Under the pieces are notes generated by a model. That model worked only from the letters and a program-made list of their open reading frames with translations, was not told where the DNA came from and ran no database searches. From an uncultured Thermoanaerobaculia bacterium (GTDB lineage: Bacteria > Acidobacteriota > Thermoanaerobaculia > Multivoradales > JAGPDF01), in assembly GCA_964591165.1 (NCBI GenBank), contig CAZPZW010000003.1, positions 1 to 60,533 of the forward strand: a DNA stretch of 60,533 nt, in the 5' to 3' direction. Made by a program: the position numbers and the translations under genes. How positions within the stretch are numbered: position 1 is the first letter of the stretch; the number at the start of each line of letters is the position of its first letter. This document shows positions 34,387 to 43,772 of the stretch, piece after piece.

Positions 34387-36401
34387 CCAGAAAGGCGCTC
34401 GACCTCGACCCGCGCGTCGTTGAAACAGGCCGAGCCGCCCAGGTCGGCGAGGGTGTCCGGGGCGAGCGCGCAGGCGGTGGCGCCGTTCTCGGTCTGGTGG
34501 CTCCACAGCCCCTTGGGGAGCACGACGACGCCACGCCGCACCGCCGCGGAGAGCCGCGCTCGGCAGTGCACTTCGCCCAAACCGTTGGTGACCCGCACGC
34601 GATCGCCGTCGGCGAGACCGCGTGCCGCGGCGTCGTCGGGATGGATTTCCAGGCGCGCGGGCTCGCGGCGCAATTGACCGAAGGTCGAGCTGATCGTCTT
34701 GCCGGTCGCCGGAGAGATGAGCGCGAGCGGATGGGTCGCGTCTCCGGGGTCGGGCCGATAGGCGTAGAGGCCCGACGGGGCCTCGCGATCGAGGGCCTCC
34801 GGGACGAGGTGGATCTTGCGGTCCGGGGTGTGCGGGAAGACGTCGACGAACTGGATTGGCCGGTCCCCGGCGGCCGGCGTGGCATAGCCATGGTCGACGA
34901 TCGCCGCCGTCAGCTCGTCGCCCCGCCCGCTGCTGGCGAGCACGCGGCGCCGTACCTCGCCGACGTCGGGCAATTCGGCGCGCTCGGCGACGCCGGTGCG
35001 CACCGCGAGCTCGACGAAGACGTCGTGGTTCGAACGCGACTCGCCGACCGGCGGGATGACCGGATCGCTGGCCTGTAGCACGAAGGCCCCGTAGCCGCGC
35101 GAGAGCTCGTGGTGCTCCAGGAAGGTGGTGGCGGGCAGCACGAGGTCGGCGTAGCGGGAGGTATCGGTCGCCACCTGATCGAACACGACGGTGAAGAGAT
35201 CGTCGCGCTCCAGCCCGCGCCGCACGGCGGTCTGATGGGGCGTGGTCATGAGCGCGTTCGAGTTGTAGACGAAGAGCACCCGGACCGGAGGCACCGCGGC
35301 GGGTGAGAGCGCCTCGCCCAGGCGGTTCATGTTGATCAGCCGGGTCGCCGGTTCGGGGCCGGCGACCGCCGAGCCGTCGAAGCTCCAGGCCGCCGAGTTC
35401 GACAGCGTGTAGCCACCGCCGCGGACGCCGAACTTCCCGGCCACCGCCGGCAGGGCGAGGACCGCGGCAACGGCCGAGCCGCCGTTGCGATTGCGCTCGA
35501 GCCCCCAGCCGCAGCGAATCACCGCCGGCGAGGTCTCGGCGTAGAGCTCCGCGAACCGGGCGAGGTCGGCGGCGGGGACGCCGGCGATCTCGGCTGCGCG
35601 CGCGAAAGTCCAGGGGGCGGCGCGCTCCTGCAGCGCCTCGACTCCGGTGGCGTGGGCGGAGAGGAACGCCAGGTCGGAGCGGCCGCTGGCGAAGAGCTCG
35701 CGCAGCAGCGACAGAGCGACCGCGACGTCGGTTCCCGGACGCGGCGCGAGGTGCAGGTCGGCCTCAGCGGCGAGCGGAATCCGGCGCGGATCCACCACCA
35801 CCAACCGCGCCCCGATGCGGCGCGCCGCGCGCACGATCGGCACCAGGTGGATTCCCGAGGCCGACGGATTGCAGCCCCAGATCACGATCAGACGGGCGTG
35901 CGCGTAATCGGTGAGGGCGACCCCTTCCATCTTGCCGTAGAGCCCGAGCGCGGCGCGCCCGGTGGCCGCCGCGCAGACCGTGCGCGCCAGGCGGGAGGCG
36001 CCGAGGCGGCGGAAGAGCAGTGCGTCGATGGTGTCCTGGCTGAGCAGGCCGTTCGAGCCGCCATAGGAGTAGGGCAGGATGGATTCGCCGCCGTCGCGCT
36101 CGCGCGCCGTCCGAAGGCGCTCGGCGGCGAGATCGAGCGCCTCGTCCCAACCGATCGGCGCGAAGCGTCCCTCGCCCTTGGCTCCGACCCGGCGCAGCGG
36201 GCGCAACAGGCGCTGCGGGCCGTAGAGATGCGCCGGATAGTCCCGGACCTTGGAGCAGATGAAACCAGCGGTGAGCGGATTGCGATCGCTGGCGCCGGCG
36301 AGCTTGACGACCCGCCCGGCCTCGACCGTCACCTCAAGACTGCAGGCGTCCGGGCAGTCGAGTGGGCATGCGGAGCGTCGCAGCTGCGGGGAGCCGGTCA
36401 T
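34383..36401 (-). CDS. Molybdopterin-dependent oxidoreductase (single-subunit MopB family)
   Basis: N-terminal CPLDCPDAC...C Fe-S motif, WDEALD, YSYGG, WGCNP, VVDPR, DLVLPATTFLE, EIHPDDAAARGLADGD, GVV.LPKG.W; no Tat leader seen. Confidence 0.92.
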   Translation of the reverse strand: MTGSPQLRRSACPLDCPDACSLEVTVEAGRVVKLAGASDRNPLTAGFICSKVRDYPAHLYGPQRLLRPLRRVGAKGEGRFAPIGWDEALDLAAERLRTARERDGGESILPYSYGGSNGLLSQDTIDALLFRRLGASRLARTVCAAATGRAALGLYGKMEGVALTDYAHARLIVIWGCNPSASGIHLVPIVRAARRIGARLVVVDPRRIPLAAEADLHLAPRPGTDVAVALSLLRELFASGRSDLAFLSAHATGVEALQERAAPWTFARAAEIAGVPAADLARFAELYAETSPAVIRCGWGLERNRNGGSAVAAVLALPAVAGKFGVRGGGYTLSNSAAWSFDGSAVAGPEPATRLINMNRLGEALSPAAVPPVRVLFVYNSNALMTTPHQTAVRRGLERDDLFTVVFDQVATDTSRYADLVLPATTFLEHHELSRGYGAFVLQASDPVIPPVGESRSNHDVFVELAVRTGVAERAELPDVGEVRRRVLASSGRGDELTAAIVDHGYATPAAGDRPIQFVDVFPHTPDRKIHLVPEALDREAPSGLYAYRPDPGDATHPLALISPATGKTISSTFGQLRREPARLEIHPDDAAARGLADGDRVRVTNGLGEVHCRARLSAAVRRGVVVLPKGLWSHQTENGATACALAPDTLADLGGSACFNDARVEVERLSG

Positions 36402-36402
36402 C

Positions 36403-37221
36403 TCAGACGAAGAAATCGGGGATCAGAGGTTGGCCGGGCTCGACGGCATAGCGCTCGAGATCGGTCACGCCCGCGCGCGCCAGGACCTGGTCGTCGAGGA
36501 AGAAGTTGCCGGTGCACTCGCGCGCCGGCTGGGTGAGGATCCAATAGGCCGCGTCGGCGAGGATCTGGGGTCGCCGGGTGTTGCGCGGCGAGACCACGCC
36601 GCCGAGCATGGCGAGCGCTGCCGTGTCGATGGCGGTGCGCGGCCAGAGGGCGTTGAAGGCGATGCCCCGGTCGCGGAACTCCTCGGCCATGCCGAGGACG
36701 CACATCGACATGCCGTACTTCGCCATGGTGTAGGCGACGTGGCCGGCGAACCAGCGGCTCTCCAAGTTCAGCGGCGGCGAGAGGTTGAGCACGTGCGGAT
36801 TCTCCGCCGCGATCAGGGCCGGCAGGCAGGCGCGTGTGCAGAGGTAGGTGCCGCGCACGTTGACGCTGAACATGAGGTCGAAGCGCTTCATCGGGGTCTC
36901 GAGCGTACCGCTCAGACCGATCGCCGAAGCGTTGTTGATCAGGACGTCGATGCCGCCAAAATGCCGCCGGGCGTGCTCGACCGCGGCCTCGACCTGTTCC
37001 TCGGAGCGGATGTCGGTGGGGATGGCGAGCGCCTGTCCCCCTGCCGCCTCGATCTCTTCCGCCGCGGTGTAGATCGTACCGGGCAACTTCGGATGCGGCT
37101 CGGTGGTCTTGGCGAGGATGACGAGATTGGCGCCGTCGCGGGCCGCGCGCTTGGCGATCGCCAAGCCGATACCGCGCGACGCACCGGTGATCACCAGGGT
37201 CTTGCCGCTGAGGGGAGCCAT
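36403..37221 (-). CDS. Short-chain dehydrogenase/reductase (HSDL2/citronellol dehydrogenase-like)
   Basis: ITGASRGIG, KT.EPHPKLPGTIY, NNASAI, LSPPL, YTMAK (YxxxK), NALWPRT.I.TAA. Confidence 0.93.
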   Translation of the reverse strand: MAPLSGKTLVITGASRGIGLAIAKRAARDGANLVILAKTTEPHPKLPGTIYTAAEEIEAAGGQALAIPTDIRSEEQVEAAVEHARRHFGGIDVLINNASAIGLSGTLETPMKRFDLMFSVNVRGTYLCTRACLPALIAAENPHVLNLSPPLNLESRWFAGHVAYTMAKYGMSMCVLGMAEEFRDRGIAFNALWPRTAIDTAALAMLGGVVSPRNTRRPQILADAAYWILTQPARECTGNFFLDDQVLARAGVTDLERYAVEPGQPLIPDFFV

Positions 37222-37227
37222 GTCGCG

Positions 37228-37264
37228 ATCCTACCCTCGTCGAGCTGCCGCCGGTTGCTAGAGT
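37228..37264. promoter_or_regulatory. Divergent -10 boxes: TAGGAT (-, 6 nt before the SDR ATG) and TGC-TAGAGT (+, 8 nt before the lhr ATG)
   Basis: 51-nt intergenic gap; minus hexamer at 37228-37233, plus hexamer at 37259-37264; no SD for either gene. Confidence 0.5.
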
Positions 37265-37272
37265 CGCCGGCG

Positions 37273-40200
37273 ATGGGACTGGAGCGCTTCGACCCGCGGA
37301 TCCGCGCCTGGTTCACCGCGCGCTACGGCGTCCCGACGGCGGTCCAGCAAGCCGCCTGGGGGCCGATCGCCGCCGGTGAGCACGTGCTGGTCACCGCGCC
37401 CACCGGCAGCGGCAAGACCCTCACCGCATTCCTCTGGGCGCTCGACCGGCTGGCCACCGGGGCGTGGGAAAGCGGCACCACGCGCGTGCTCTACGTCTCG
37501 CCCCTCAAGGCGCTCAACGCCGACATCGAGCGCAACCTGATCGAGCCACTGGCCGGCATCGGGGAGGCGTTCGCCGCGGCCGGTAGCGCGCTGCCGCCGA
37601 TCCGCGTCGCGGTGCGCAGCGGCGACACCCCACCGGCGGAGCGGCAACGCATCCTCCGGCGCCGCCCGGAGATCCTGATCACCACGCCGGAGAGCCTCAA
37701 CCTCCTCCTGCTCGCGCGGGGCGGCGCGGCGCTCTTCGCGGGGCTGCGCACCGTGATCCTCGACGAGGTGCACGCGGTCGCCGGGAGTAAGCGGGGGACG
37801 CATCTGGTGACCGCCGTCGATCGGCTGGTCCTCGCCTGCGGGGAGGTCCAACGCATCGCGATCTCGGCGACCGTCCGACCGCTCGACCGGGTCGCAGCCT
37901 GGGTGGGCGGTTATCGCCTGGAGCGCGGCGCCGGCGGCGAGCCGCGTTACCTGGCGCGCCCGGTGCGTGTCGTCGCGGTCCGCTCGGAGAAACGCTACGC
38001 GCTCGCAGTCCGCCGTGTGGCGGCCGCGGAGAGCGCAGAGGAGCGGCGCGGCAGCGAAGCGCTGTGGACGGCCCTCGCCGAGGAGCTCCGCGTGCGCATC
38101 GGAGAGCTGCGCTCGACGCTGGTGTTCACCAACAGCCGCCGGATGGCGGAGAAAATGACCCGGCTGGTGAACGACGCGGCCGATCGCGAGCTCGCCTGGT
38201 CGCACCACGGATCGTTGGCCCGCGAGCTGCGTACCGCGGTCGAGCAGCGCTTGAAGGAGGGACGGCTGCCCGCCCTGGTCGCGACCAGCTCGCTCGAGCT
38301 CGGCATCGACGTGGGAGCGCTCGACCGGGTCCTCTTGTTGCAGTCGCCGCGCTCGTTCGCCTCGACGACGCAGCGCATCGGGCGCGCCGGGCACCGTGTC
38401 GGGGAGGTCAGTCGGGCGATTCTCTACCCGCTCCACCCGCGGGACTATCTGGACAGCGCGGTGGCCGCGCAGGCGGTGCTCGAAGGAGACATCGAGCCGC
38501 TCCGCTTCCCCCGTGCGCCACTCGACGTGCTGGCGCAGGTGGTGCTCGCGCTGGTGGCGCACGAGAGCTGGCGGCTCGACGACCTCTACGCCTTCGTGCG
38601 CGCCAGCGAGCCCTATCACGAGCTGCCGCGTCACCATTTCGATCTCCTGATCGAAATGCTCGCCGGGCGCTACGCGGAGGCGAGACTGCCCGAGCTGCGC
38701 CCGCGGCTGGCGATCGACCGCCTCGACGGGACGGTGCGCGGCCGCCCGGGGAGCGCGCGGCTGCTCGCCCAGGCCGGCGGCACGATTCCCGACCGCGGGT
38801 ACTTCCAGATCCGGTTGGCGGAATCGCGCGCCCGCTTGGGGGAGCTCGACGAGGAGTTCGTCTGGGAGCGCTCGATCGGCGATACCTTCACTCTCGGCGC
38901 GCAGAGCTGGCGTATCCAGCAGATCACCGCCAACGAGGTTCTGGTCTCACCGGCCCGCGGCGGCGCTTCGCTCGCCCCTTTCTGGCGGGCCGACGCCAAC
39001 GACCGCGGCGCCTACTTCTCGCGTAAAGTCTCCCAGCTTCTCGAGCGGCTCGACGGCAGGCTCGACGATCCACGGACGGTCGATCTCCTGATCGCCGAGC
39101 ACGCGATGGAACCGGCGGCAGCGCAGGAGCTGCTCGAGCTGCTGCGCGCCGAACGCGCCGCGCTTGGCGTCGGGCTGCCGCACGCGCGCCACCTGGTGTG
39201 GGAGGAGTGTCCCGCTCCGAGCGACGGACGGGGGCTCCTGCCAGGCCGGACGCAGGCGCTGCTCTTCACCTTCTGGGGCGGAACGGTGAACCGCCCGTTG
39301 GCCCTGGCGCTCGCCGCGGTCTGGCAGGAGGAGACCGGCGAGGCACTGGAGGCGCAGAGCGACGACGACGCCGTCCTGCTACAGCTTCCGGCCGGCACCG
39401 ACCCGGTCCGGCTGCTGCGCGCCGTCGAGCCCGAACGGCTGGAGTCGCTGCTCCGCCAGCGTCTCGAGGGCTCCGGCTATTTCGGCGCGCGCTTCCGGCA
39501 GAACGCGCAACGCGCCCTGCTGCTGCCCCGCGCGGCGCCCGGCCGGAGGACGCCCCTCTGGCTGTCGCGCGAGAACGCCAAGCGTCTGCTCGCCACGACG
39601 GCGGCTCACGACGACTTTCCGCTGACCCTGGAGACCTGGCGCGAGTGCCTGCAGGACGACTTCGAGCTGGGCGAGTTGCGCGGACACCTCGAGGCGCTGC
39701 AACGCGGTGAGACGCGGGTGAGCCGGGTGCGCGTCGAGCGACCGTCGCCCTTGGCGGCGAATCTGGTCTGGCAGCGGGTGAACGAGCTGATGTACGCCGA
39801 CGACACGCCCGAGAGCGGCGGCGCCGGCTCGCTGCGCCCCGACCTGGTGCGCGAGGTGGCGCTCGCCGCGGAGGACCGCCCGCAACTCGCCGAGGATCTG
39901 GTCGAGCGCTATCGGTGCAAGGTGCAACGCCTCCTCCCGGGTTACCCGCCGGCCAGCGCAGAGGAGCTGCTGGAGTGGGTCAAGGAGCGACTCGCCCTGC
40001 CACGTGACGAATGGCGGGAGCTGCTGGAAGCGCTCGACCGCGACGCGGCGGGGAGCGGAGCGCGATTGGCCGCCGAGCTCGTCGCGCAAGGGAAGCTCGT
40101 CGAGCTGGCGAGCCCGGCCGGCGAGCCGTGCTGGATCGCTCGCGAGGCGGCCGGGAGGCTCGAAGCGGCCGGCTGGGGCGCGGGTGCGGCGAGCGTCGAT

Positions 40201-41706
40201 TCCGGGCCGGCCTTGGCGGCAGTCGTCCACGAGTGGCTGCGCCACCATCCGCCGCTCGACCGAGCCCGATTCGAGACGATCTGGGGTGCCGGCGAGGCGG
40301 TCGCCGGGGTGCTCGTCAGCTTGCAGAGGGAGGCGCGCCTGGTCGTCGGGCGTCTGATCGTCGGCCGTCCGGACGAGCAGATCGCCACGGTCGAGTGCAT
40401 CGGCACGCTATTGCGCTGGCGAAGGGCGGCGGCGCGCTCGGAGCTCCTCGCGTCCCGGCCGCTCGCCGAGCTGCCACTCTTCCTCGCCGAGTGGCAGGGC
40501 CTCACCGCGCCGTCCGCCGACGGCGGAGCGCTCCCCGCGACGCTCGAGCGCCTGTTCGGTTACCCCGCTCCGGCGGCGCTCTGGGAGAGCGATCTTCTGC
40601 CCGCCCGCTTCGAGCACTACCAACCGGCGTGGCTCGATGCCCTGGCGCGCGACAGCGAGCTCCTCTGGTTCGGCACCGGCGAGCGGCGGATTGCCTTCGC
40701 CCTGGCCGGCGACCTCGATCTCTTCCTCGCGCCGGCGGCGTCCGGCGAGCTCGACGCCGACGCCGAGGTCGTGCGCTCCCTCCTCGCGACCAACCCCCGC
40801 GGGTTGGAGCTCCTGGAGCTCGCGGAACGCAGCGGGTTCGACAGCGGGCGCACGCTCGGGGCGCTCTGGCGCCTGGTGTGGGCGGGCGCCGCGACGCACG
40901 AAGGGCTGCAGACGCTGCGCCAGGCCATTGCGAACGACTTCCGGGGGCCGGCGCCGGTCGCGGCGGCAGCGCCTCCAGCGGCTCGCGGCGGTCGGCGGGC
41001 GCTCTTTCGGAGCTGGCAGGGAACCCGGACTTTCGCCGGGAGGTGGCGGGGACTCGCCCTCGCGGCGCCGGCAGGCGATCCACTGGCCGACGAAGAGCGC
41101 CAGCGGGAACGGGCCCGGCTGCTGCTCGACCGCCATGGCGTGCTCTTCCGCGAGCTGGTGGCCGGAGAACTGCCGGTCCTGGGCTGGGGCCGCCTCAGCC
41201 GTGCCCTGCGGACGCTCGAGCTCGCCGGGGAGGTGGTCGCTGGCCACTTCTTCGCCGGCATCCCCGGTCTGCAGTTCGCCTCGCCAGCGGCGGTCCGCAG
41301 GCTGCAGGAGCCGCCCGCCCGCGGGGCCATCTGGTGGTGCTCGGCACTCGATCCGGCTTCGCTCTGCGGGGTCGATCTTCCGCTGCTGAAGAACACCCTG
41401 CCGCGGCGCACGGCGTCGAGCCACCTGGTCTACCGGGACAGCGAGCTGGTTCTCGTGGCGCGGCGCAGCGGGCGGGACCTGACGTTCGCGGTGTCGCCCG
41501 AGGACCCGGGGCTGGTCGACCTGCTGCGCCCGATGCGGGTGGCCCTGACGCGCGCCGTGGCGCCGCTCGCGGCGATCGAAGTCGAGACGATCAACGGAGA
41601 ACCGGCGGACCGAAGCCCGTATTGCGCTGCGTTCGCCGGATTCTCGACGACCCGGGAGATGGGCCGCCTGCGTCTGCGCCGGCGTTACGGGGACGGCGGA
41701 AAATGA
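37273..41706 (+). CDS. lhr: Long Lhr ATP-dependent SF2 helicase with C-terminal winged-helix/glycosylase-like region, 1477 aa
   Basis: APTGSGKT, YVSPLKAL, ITTPES, DEVH, SAT, HHGS, ATSSLELGID, QRIGRAGH, GGTIPDRG, ELDEEFVWE; C-terminal LLDRHGVLFRE, GHFFAG..G.QFA, SALDPASL. Start reassigned to ATG37273. Confidence 0.93.
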   Translation: MGLERFDPRIRAWFTARYGVPTAVQQAAWGPIAAGEHVLVTAPTGSGKTLTAFLWALDRLATGAWESGTTRVLYVSPLKALNADIERNLIEPLAGIGEAFAAAGSALPPIRVAVRSGDTPPAERQRILRRRPEILITTPESLNLLLLARGGAALFAGLRTVILDEVHAVAGSKRGTHLVTAVDRLVLACGEVQRIAISATVRPLDRVAAWVGGYRLERGAGGEPRYLARPVRVVAVRSEKRYALAVRRVAAAESAEERRGSEALWTALAEELRVRIGELRSTLVFTNSRRMAEKMTRLVNDAADRELAWSHHGSLARELRTAVEQRLKEGRLPALVATSSLELGIDVGALDRVLLLQSPRSFASTTQRIGRAGHRVGEVSRAILYPLHPRDYLDSAVAAQAVLEGDIEPLRFPRAPLDVLAQVVLALVAHESWRLDDLYAFVRASEPYHELPRHHFDLLIEMLAGRYAEARLPELRPRLAIDRLDGTVRGRPGSARLLAQAGGTIPDRGYFQIRLAESRARLGELDEEFVWERSIGDTFTLGAQSWRIQQITANEVLVSPARGGASLAPFWRADANDRGAYFSRKVSQLLERLDGRLDDPRTVDLLIAEHAMEPAAAQELLELLRAERAALGVGLPHARHLVWEECPAPSDGRGLLPGRTQALLFTFWGGTVNRPLALALAAVWQEETGEALEAQSDDDAVLLQLPAGTDPVRLLRAVEPERLESLLRQRLEGSGYFGARFRQNAQRALLLPRAAPGRRTPLWLSRENAKRLLATTAAHDDFPLTLETWRECLQDDFELGELRGHLEALQRGETRVSRVRVERPSPLAANLVWQRVNELMYADDTPESGGAGSLRPDLVREVALAAEDRPQLAEDLVERYRCKVQRLLPGYPPASAEELLEWVKERLALPRDEWRELLEALDRDAAGSGARLAAELVAQGKLVELASPAGEPCWIAREAAGRLEAAGWGAGAASVDSGPALAAVVHEWLRHHPPLDRARFETIWGAGEAVAGVLVSLQREARLVVGRLIVGRPDEQIATVECIGTLLRWRRAAARSELLASRPLAELPLFLAEWQGLTAPSADGGALPATLERLFGYPAPAALWESDLLPARFEHYQPAWLDALARDSELLWFGTGERRIAFALAGDLDLFLAPAASGELDADAEVVRSLLATNPRGLELLELAERSGFDSGRTLGALWRLVWAGAATHEGLQTLRQAIANDFRGPAPVAAAAPPAARGGRRALFRSWQGTRTFAGRWRGLALAAPAGDPLADEERQRERARLLLDRHGVLFRELVAGELPVLGWGRLSRALRTLELAGEVVAGHFFAGIPGLQFASPAAVRRLQEPPARGAIWWCSALDPASLCGVDLPLLKNTLPRRTASSHLVYRDSELVLVARRSGRDLTFAVSPEDPGLVDLLRPMRVALTRAVAPLAAIEVETINGEPADRSPYCAAFAGFSTTREMGRLRLRRRYGDGGK

Positions 41707-41756
41707 GTTTTTCCGCTCTCCCGAACGGGGGGACTTGGTAGGCTCGCGGCCGGGCT

Positions 41757-41775
41757 GCGAACCGCTGCGGTTCGC
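41757..41775. promoter_or_regulatory. Perfect 9-1-9 inverted repeat just downstream of a candidate TGG-TAGGCT promoter (41736-41744)
   Basis: GCGAACCGC-T-GCGGTTCGC in the lhr/beta-barrel intergenic region. Confidence 0.45.
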
Positions 41776-41805
41776 GTCCGCGGTGGACAACCACAGGAGA
41801 GCGTC

Positions 41806-42324
41806 ATGCACAGAGGACTCTGGCTCGTCATCGTCGCCCTGGCCGTCGCTCTGGCGCCCTCGCCAGCTTCGGCCGGGGAACATCGCCTGGGCTTCGGGGT
41901 GCATTACTGGAAGACGGTCGACGAGATCGCGGACGAGCTGCCCGAGTTCGAGATCGAGGACGACGGCCTGACGGGCGTGGTCTCCTACCAGTACGTCGCC
42001 GGGTTCATCCGCTTCGAGGCCGCGGCCGAGTACTTCGAGAGCGGGTTCCAGGGCTCGGATGCCTGGGCCGTCTCGCCGCAGGTCTACGTCCTGGCTGGGA
42101 GGGGTTTCTACGGCGGCGTGGGGATGGGCGTGACCTACTCGGATTTCGTCGACGAGGACTGGTCCGACCCCTACTTCATCGCCAAGGTCGGCATCGACCT
42201 GCTGATCCTGCCCAAGGTCCACCTCGACATCAACGGCGACTATCGATTCGCCGAGTGGGAGCAGCTCGACGACTACGATACGGATACGATCACCCTCGGA
42301 GCGACGGTTCGCTTCACATTCTGA
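41806..42324 (+). CDS. Small outer-membrane beta-barrel protein (OmpA/OmpW-like size)
   Basis: SD CAGGAG; signal peptide ending ASA; alternating amphipathic strands; C-terminal Phe (ATVRFTF). Confidence 0.8.
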   Translation: MHRGLWLVIVALAVALAPSPASAGEHRLGFGVHYWKTVDEIADELPEFEIEDDGLTGVVSYQYVAGFIRFEAAAEYFESGFQGSDAWAVSPQVYVLAGRGFYGGVGMGVTYSDFVDEDWSDPYFIAKVGIDLLILPKVHLDINGDYRFAEWEQLDDYDTDTITLGATVRFTF

Positions 42325-42334
42325 GGAGGTTGAC

Positions 42335-42760
42335 ATGGCACTGCGCAAGGCTTCCGCCGTCTGGAACGGCGGACTGCAGGACGGTCAGGGAACGGTTCGG
42401 CTGGGCAGCGGCGCCTTCGAGGGGCGCTACTCGTTCGCCTCGCGTTTCGAGGAGGGGACGGGTACGAATCCGGAGGAGTTGATCGGCGCCGCCCATGCCG
42501 GCTGCTTCTCGATGGCCCTCGCTGCCGGCCTGGGCCGCGCCGGCTTCGCGCCGCGCCGCGTCTCGACCGAAGCCAGGGTTCATCTGGTCAAGGGGGAAGC
42601 GGGCTTCGCGATCTCGCGCGTCGACCTCGACTGCGTCGCCGAGGTCCCGGGGATCTCGCCCGAGGCCTTTGCCGAGCAGGCCGAGGCGGCGAAGAAGGGC
42701 TGTCCGGTCTCCAAGGCTCTCGCCGCCATCGAGATCGTCCTCAACGCGCGCCTCGGCTGA
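42335..42760 (+). CDS. osmC: OsmC family peroxiredoxin
   Basis: RKASAVWNGGL..G.G, GTNPEELIGAAHAGCFSMAL, AKKGCPVSKAL (two conserved Cys); SD GAGGAGG. Confidence 0.95.
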   Translation: MALRKASAVWNGGLQDGQGTVRLGSGAFEGRYSFASRFEEGTGTNPEELIGAAHAGCFSMALAAGLGRAGFAPRRVSTEARVHLVKGEAGFAISRVDLDCVAEVPGISPEAFAEQAEAAKKGCPVSKALAAIEIVLNARLG

Positions 42761-42761
42761 A

Positions 42762-43271
42762 GTGCGCAGATCGCTCGGGCGTTGGGCGGCTCTCGCGCTG
42801 CTCGCCGCCGGCGCCTGGGCGGGCCTGCGCTGGTGGTCGAGCGAGGCCCGCCGAATCGGAGCAGCGCTCGAAGCGCTCGAGGAGGCGGCGGAGAAATCGG
42901 GTCCGGAGAGCGATCTGGTCCGGCTCGCCAAGGCCCGTGAGCTCGTCGCGAGCTTCGCGCCGGGTTTCGTCGTCTTCGCGCGGCCCTACGCCGGCACCAT
43001 CACCGATTCGCAACAGCTCGCCGCAGTGGTCGACCGCTACCGTGCGACCGCGAGCCGGGTCGAAGTCTCCGACCGCGACCGGCAGCTCGAAGTGCGGGAC
43101 AACGGAACGGCGGAGCTGGTCTGCGTGCTGCAGATCGACGGTCGGCGCGACGTCGGACCGGGACGCGAGACGTTCCGCGTGCGCATCGGGTGGCGCCGGG
43201 AAGCCGGCGTCTGGCTGATCCAGGAGGTCGAGGTTCTCGAAGTCCTGGAGACGTCCGGGCTCTTCGGCTGA
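42762..43271 (+). CDS. Membrane-anchored NTF2/SnoaL-like hypothetical protein, 169 aa
   Basis: GTG 1 nt after the osmC stop; N-terminal TM; C-terminal pattern RIGWRREAGVWLIQEV. Confidence 0.65.
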   Translation: MRRSLGRWAALALLAAGAWAGLRWWSSEARRIGAALEALEEAAEKSGPESDLVRLAKARELVASFAPGFVVFARPYAGTITDSQQLAAVVDRYRATASRVEVSDRDRQLEVRDNGTAELVCVLQIDGRRDVGPGRETFRVRIGWRREAGVWLIQEVEVLEVLETSGLFG

Positions 43272-43284
43272 GCTCTGTCAGGCC

Positions 43285-43764
43285 TCAGATCCACCAGGCG
43301 AGGGCGAACAGCCCGACCATCAGAAAGACCAGCGCGATCTTCCCGGCTGCGGCGAGCAGCAGCGCGACGAAGGTCGCCAGGCCGACACGAGCGGCGCGCG
43401 CCAGCTCGCGCCGCGCCAGCCACTCGCCGCCGACCGCACCGAGCAACGGACCCAGGAGCAGGCCGGCGAAGCCGAAGAAGAGCCCGGCGATCGTGCCGAG
43501 GGCCGCCCCGGCGACCGCCCAGGGGCTCGCGCCGATCCGTCGCGCCCCCAGCATTCCCGCCGCGAGGTCGATCGCGATGGCGGCCAGGGTGAGGAGCGCG
43601 AGGAGGAGCAGGGTCGGCCAGCCGACGCGCTCGAAACGGTCGGCGGCGGCCGCCAACACCAGTCCGACGAAGACCATCGGGACTCCGGGCAAGGCGGGAA
43701 GCACCGTTCCGGCGATGCCGAGCGCCACCAGGAGTGCGGCGACGAGCCAGAGCAACGGTTCCAC
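43285..43764 (-). CDS. DUF456 family membrane protein
   Basis: GIAGTVLPALPG, GARRIGAS, GLLLGPLLGAVGGE; multi-TM. Confidence 0.88.
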   Translation of the reverse strand: MEPLLWLVAALLVALGIAGTVLPALPGVPMVFVGLVLAAAADRFERVGWPTLLLLALLTLAAIAIDLAAGMLGARRIGASPWAVAGAALGTIAGLFFGFAGLLLGPLLGAVGGEWLARRELARAARVGLATFVALLLAAAGKIALVFLMVGLFALAWWI

Positions 43765-43772
43765 GGGCGCGC

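Noticed and set aside
36250-37272. N-terminal extensions given by the ORF track (lhr 36250, radA 8228, cyclase 14148, peptidase 22542, trmL 54152, MFP 52521, cytochrome 55, and others)
   Set aside because: The extensions overlap genuine neighbouring genes; homology, SD or -10 signals point to the downstream starts I used.
37273-41706. Lhr as part of an antiphage defence island
   Set aside because: A typical long Lhr flanked by metabolic genes; no nuclease, methyltransferase or other defence genes adjacent.
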